This document shows, in pieces, positions 46,234 through 50,108 of a DNA stretch of 50,108 nucleotides. Made by a program: the position numbers and the translations under genes. A model generated the notes under the pieces. It had not been told where the DNA came from and ran no database searches. It worked only from the letters and a program-made list of their open reading frames with translations. Origin of the DNA: Actinomycetes bacterium (GTDB lineage: Bacteria > Actinomycetota > Actinomycetes > Propionibacteriales > Propionibacteriaceae); contig JBKHWW010000195.1 of assembly GCA_046566345.1 (NCBI GenBank), forward strand, positions 1-50,108. Reading direction: 5' to 3'. Positions within the stretch are counted from its first letter, which is position 1. The number at the start of each line of letters is the position of its first letter.

Positions 46234-48519
46234 TCAGAACCCCCCGACGCCGCCTTTGCCGACGACCGAGACGGTCTCGGGGCTGGCCACAGTCGAGCTG
46301 ACGACCGTCAGCGTGGTGGTGGTGATCACGCGTGCCACAGGCCGGAAGGTGAGTGTCACGGTGCGCTCGGCGTTGTGGGCGATCGTGCCGCTAGACGCAG
46401 CCCAGGTGATGGGGGATGCGCTCGTGGGCGCAGCGATAGAGAACGTGACGCTCGCCCCTGTCTCGTTGCGGAGCGTGAGCGTCCTCGTCGCCGTGGAGCC
46501 GAGGGCGACGGAGCCGAACGTGATCACCGATGGGCGTAGCTGGAGACGGGTGGGAAGAGGCGGGTCCTGTGGGTCTGTGGGGATGCCGCCAGGCCCCTTG
46601 CCGGTGAGACCGACGCGGTGTGGGCTGTTCGGGGCTGTGCTCGTGACGACCAGGGTTCCGGTCCGGATGGCGTTGTCCACCGGGTGGAAGCGGAGCTCGA
46701 ACGACGTCTCCTCACCGTCGTCGACGGTCGCGCTGAAAGCCGACCAGCGGAAGATGGCGTTGGGTGGGGACGCCGCTACTGACATGGTGACCGGGCCGCC
46801 GGCGTTGTTCTTCGCAACGACCCTTCTCATCGCGGACGAACCAACGGACACGCTTCCGAACGTCACGGCAGCCGGGATGAGGTGCAGCCCCGGGAACCTC
46901 TCGGTGTTCGAGGAACGCACGCAACTCCCGCCGTCACCGTCACCTAGGGTGGTGCCGCTCATGGGCGATGGGCGGACGCTGCGCCCGAAGGACGCGTTGG
47001 GATGGGCAAGCTGGCGATCGTGGATCGAGAAGTGCAGGTGGTCCAGCACTGAGTTGCCGGTGTCGTCCATCACCCCCAGCCGCTGACCGGCGATGACAGG
47101 CATCATGACCGAAACCGTGAGCCGGAACGGCCCTGCCAGGTGGAGATAGCGCGAGCGGAAGCGATCGTCGTCGGTCGGATTGTTCGGATCGGCGTGGGTG
47201 ATCTCGACCGTGTTCGACGCGCTCGAGTCTCCGGATGGCGTCCCCGCGTCGGCGCGCACCACGAGCCCGTCGCGGACGGCAAGGACCGGCGTCCCCCCGG
47301 ATTCCGGGTCGTAAGGCACGTACCGCCGATAGCGCGTGAAGTCGATCGCGAAGGCGTCCTCCTCGTCGTGGGTGGAACCCTGGTTGTAGTAGAAGCCGCG
47401 GGGCCCGAAGCCGCACGGGCTGCTGGCGAATCGCGCTAGGAGAACCGGACCGAGCGGACCGGCGGCGAGGATCGCCGCCTGCTGCGCGACGAATCCAGTG
47501 AGCCCCCCGGCGGTGAAGCTTTGCCCCGCCGGCCAAGGCGCCAGCAGCGAGAACGGCAACGGTTGGTTGGTCTGCCGCGAGGCCGGACGCCAGCGCTCCA
47601 CCCACGCCTCGTGCGGATCCCCGATCGCGACGCCGGTCCACTGCCAGCCCTTCGGCGCGCGGGTGAGCAGGAGCGCCAGGTCGCCGCGGTACCACTCACC
47701 CTTCCAGCCGCTCGTCGACAGGTAGCGCTTGCCACCCGAGCCAGCGAGCCGGCCGTGAACGGTCACCGAACCCGTCAACAGGTCCCGCACGAGACGTTCG
47801 AGCATCACCCGTTCCTCGAACCTGGTGTGCCCCCCGAGTGGTCCGACGGCGAAGTGGGTCCGGGATGCCAGCCGCTCGAGGGTCGCGGGATCCGGCGCCT
47901 CTATTGCCTCGCGGAGACGCGACGCGAGGGCGTCCACCGACCGCTCGTAGTGCGTGTCCTCCTCGCGGAGGCGTAGGACACCGCGCCGGGCGAGCTGACC
48001 CGAATCATCCGTTCGTGGCGACGGAGTCCCGCTCGCGGCTAACGCGTACAGCTCACTCGCCAGGTCGTCGTCAGCGTTGGACTCGGCGATCGCGCCGGCA
48101 TGGAACCACCCTCGTCGGGGGTCGTCCGACACCGCCGCCAGCTCTCGATATGCAGCGATCGAGGTGATTGGGTCGTCGCCCACCCGTGCCGCCTGGGCCT
48201 TGTGCAGCAAGCTGCAGGCGATCGGATCGACCATCGCGCTGAGCCGTGTCGACGAGGCCGCCATCTCGGCGGCGGCGTCATACCGGTGGAGCGCCTCGAC
48301 GAACCGGCCGGCTCGCGCGAGGTTGTCGGCAGCCCAGAGCCGGAATGCGGGTGCCGCCGGCGAGCCGGCCTCGCCGACGGCGGCACCTTCGAGGTCATCG
48401 TTGACGTCGCAGCCGCGGCCGACCACGTTGGCGGCCATGGTGCGGCCGGCCAGCGAGCGCCACTGCAGCGCCGATTCGCCGTCGAGCCTCTCGACCCGAC
48501 TGTAGGACGACTCGTTCAT
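46234..48519 (-). CDS. TPR-like / M23 peptidase / two Ig-like (ASH, choice-of-anchor D-like) domain protein
   Basis: HDEEDAFAID, GTPVLAVRDG, YLHL, TGNSVLDHLHF. Two ~100-aa repeats starting (V/I)TFGSV and ending GKG. Start uncertain (48519 or 48549). Confidence 0.75.
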   Translation of the reverse strand: MNESSYSRVERLDGESALQWRSLAGRTMAANVVGRGCDVNDDLEGAAVGEAGSPAAPAFRLWAADNLARAGRFVEALHRYDAAAEMAASSTRLSAMVDPIACSLLHKAQAARVGDDPITSIAAYRELAAVSDDPRRGWFHAGAIAESNADDDLASELYALAASGTPSPRTDDSGQLARRGVLRLREEDTHYERSVDALASRLREAIEAPDPATLERLASRTHFAVGPLGGHTRFEERVMLERLVRDLLTGSVTVHGRLAGSGGKRYLSTSGWKGEWYRGDLALLLTRAPKGWQWTGVAIGDPHEAWVERWRPASRQTNQPLPFSLLAPWPAGQSFTAGGLTGFVAQQAAILAAGPLGPVLLARFASSPCGFGPRGFYYNQGSTHDEEDAFAIDFTRYRRYVPYDPESGGTPVLAVRDGLVVRADAGTPSGDSSASNTVEITHADPNNPTDDDRFRSRYLHLAGPFRLTVSVMMPVIAGQRLGVMDDTGNSVLDHLHFSIHDRQLAHPNASFGRSVRPSPMSGTTLGDGDGGSCVRSSNTERFPGLHLIPAAVTFGSVSVGSSAMRRVVAKNNAGGPVTMSVAASPPNAIFRWSAFSATVDDGEETSFELRFHPVDNAIRTGTLVVTSTAPNSPHRVGLTGKGPGGIPTDPQDPPLPTRLQLRPSVITFGSVALGSTATRTLTLRNETGASVTFSIAAPTSASPITWAASSGTIAHNAERTVTLTFRPVARVITTTTLTVVSSTVASPETVSVVGKGGVGGF

Positions 48520-48676
48520 GCTCGACACCTGCTCGCAGGCTTGTCGCACGGCTGACGGTCTCGCGGGGGCGTGGTCATGGTCCGCTTCCTCAGGTCCAGC
48601 GGGGAGGTCTGGATGACGTCAGTGTGCACCCGCGTCCCTGGACAGGGAAGGGCCCCGCCCGTGGCCTCCCCCTAGC

Positions 48677-49261
48677 TCAAGGCGCCAAGTACCCGCGGAG
48701 CAGCGCGGTCACGGCTTCGCGGACGGACTCCTCGAAGGCCTCCTCGCTGAGCGAGGCGCTGACCCCCGCGACACGGTCGCGGAGCAGCCCGTCCAGCATG
48801 GCGGCTATGGGCCACGACGTCCGCTCGGAGTCCGGGATCCCGGCGCCGTCGAGGACACGGGCCAGGGTGGCACGAAGGCGGATTGCCTGCCTGTCTCTGA
48901 GCGCGCGGAGCGCTGGTTGACGGGTGGCCTCGAGCGCCAACTCGTACCGTGCGATCGTGCTGCCGGGGCGGTCGCGGGCTATGCGAACGACGGCGGCGAC
49001 GAGCACGTCCGCCGCCGGAACATCGGGGCTTGCATGCAGGATTGCGCCCTCGTCCAGGGCGAGCAGCCGGTCCAGGCAAGCGCCGAGCAGGGCCTGGCGC
49101 GTGCGGAGATAGTACGAGGTCGACCCGGGGGGAAGCCCCGCCTCGGCGTCCACCGCGCGATGGGTCAGGCCCCGCAGCCCGCGCGTGGCGACGAGCTGGA
49201 TAGCGGCGTCCGCGATGGCGTCGCGTCGTTCTGCGCCCAAAGGCACGGATTTCCTGACCAT
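48677..49261 (-). CDS. TetR family transcriptional regulator
   Basis: RRDAIADAAI...GLTHRAVDAEAGLPPGSTSYYLRTR...ARYELALEA. Confidence 0.93.
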   Translation of the reverse strand: MVRKSVPLGAERRDAIADAAIQLVATRGLRGLTHRAVDAEAGLPPGSTSYYLRTRQALLGACLDRLLALDEGAILHASPDVPAADVLVAAVVRIARDRPGSTIARYELALEATRQPALRALRDRQAIRLRATLARVLDGAGIPDSERTSWPIAAMLDGLLRDRVAGVSASLSEEAFEESVREAVTALLRGYLAP

Positions 49262-49287
49262 CCCGTTCCCGCTCCTTCTCACGAAAC

Positions 49288-49303
49288 CTCTACAGATGTA
49301 GAG
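49288..49303. promoter_or_regulatory. TetR operator palindrome CTCTACA-GA-TGTAGAG
   Basis: Perfect 7-2-7 dyad between divergent tetR and monooxygenase, overlapping the TAGAGT -10. Confidence 0.8.
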
Positions 49304-49310
49304 TAGTTCC

Positions 49311-50108
49311 ATGCGTACTGCGGTGGTGGTCGGTGCGGGAATCGGCGGGGCGGCGGCGGCGGTCGCGCTGCAGGGGCTGGGATGGCAGGTCACGGTGCTC
49401 GAGCGGGCGCGGGAGTTGGGTGAGGTTGGGGCCGGCCTGTCCATCTGGCCCTCGGCCGTGTCCGTCTTGCACGACCTTGGAGTGAAGGGCGTAGAGCCCG
49501 CTCCGCGACCTGCCGGCCATTGGGGGATGCGCATGGCGAACGGTCGCTGGATCGCGCGGAGTGACCAACTCAACGTCCCGAGCCCCGTCATGATCCACCG
49601 GGCGCAGCTCCACAGCAGGATCAGGGACGAGTTCACCTCGCAGATCACGGTCCGAACGGAGTTCACCGTGACCGGCGTGGAACAGGACGCCGCCGGGGCG
49701 ACGGTCCGCAGCGGCGCCGAGCAGGTGCGGGCCGATCTCGTTGTGGCCGCCGACGGACTCCGCAGCACCGTCCGTGGCGCGCTGCACCCCCGCTATGGGG
49801 GCCCGCGGTATGCGGGGTACACCTCGTATCGCGGCCTGGCGGACGTAAAGACGGACGACGGAGGCGGGGAGACGTGGGGCCGGGGGCGGCGGTTCGGCTT
49901 CGCCAGGCTCACCGACGGCCGCATCTATTGGTACGCCACCGCGAACACGCCCGCCGGCCGCGGGGGCGACTTGGGTGAGGTCAAGACTCTGTTCGGCGAC
50001 TGGCACGCCCCGATCCCGGCGATTCTGGCCGCAACGACGACGGTGCTCAAGCACGATCTCTATGACCTCACGCTTCCCTTGGTCCCCTTCGTCAGCGGCC
50101 GCGTCGTG
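49311..50108 (+). CDS. FAD-dependent monooxygenase (3' partial)
   Basis: MRTAVVVGAGIGG, LERA, VGAG, IHRAQL, ADGLRS. Runs off the window. Confidence 0.9.
   Translation, partial: MRTAVVVGAGIGGAAAAVALQGLGWQVTVLERARELGEVGAGLSIWPSAVSVLHDLGVKGVEPAPRPAGHWGMRMANGRWIARSDQLNVPSPVMIHRAQLHSRIRDEFTSQITVRTEFTVTGVEQDAAGATVRSGAEQVRADLVVAADGLRSTVRGALHPRYGGPRYAGYTSYRGLADVKTDDGGGETWGRGRRFGFARLTDGRIYWYATANTPAGRGGDLGEVKTLFGDWHAPIPAILAATTTVLKHDLYDLTLPLVPFVSGRVV

Noticed and set aside
45876-46301. Short ORFs overlapping the tRNA
   Set aside because: Translations of the tRNA-Ala sequence, a common annotation artefact.
46189-50108. Prophage or integrative element at tRNA-Ala
   Set aside because: No integrase or phage genes and no duplicated tRNA 3' end seen within the window. 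Only an island-like gene is supported.

Overview
Very GC-rich actinobacterial chromosomal segment. Gene content and order suggest Propionibacteriales and a position near the origin-proximal trxA/trxB-murJ-CCA block (inference). It holds about 48 CDS and one tRNA-Ala(TGC). No integrase, transposase, CRISPR array or rRNA was seen. The main signals are regulatory and architectural. (1) A Tad/Flp pilus locus (SAF, MinD/TadZ-like, TadA, TadB, TadC, Flp-like pilin, 2x TadE) ends in a membrane-spanning LysM-LysM...SARP/BTAD protein. It is split in two, and both halves carry the same composite promoter: TCCACA box, N24-25, TGTCGG/TTTCGG-N10-TAGGCT. This matches the actinobacterial PafBC/RecA-NDp DNA-damage promoter and suggests a DNA-damage-inducible pilus, possibly for DNA uptake. 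(2) The splitting cassette is a SigF/SigB-like sigma gene plus two genes, each with a GTTT-N16-GGGTA promoter. (3) A MerR-HEAT regulator and a paralogous stand-alone HEAT protein with a 19-bp-spacer MerR promoter sit between trxB (SigH/SigR promoter) and trxA (PafBC-type promoter). Also present: a ferric-reductase/FMN-binding/ApbE flavinylation module, a cryptic ECF-like sigma, a 43-aa DLW-39-like protein missed by the ORF track, and a TPR-M23-Ig-Ig protein beside the tRNA. All calls come from reading motifs by eye; no database search was run.
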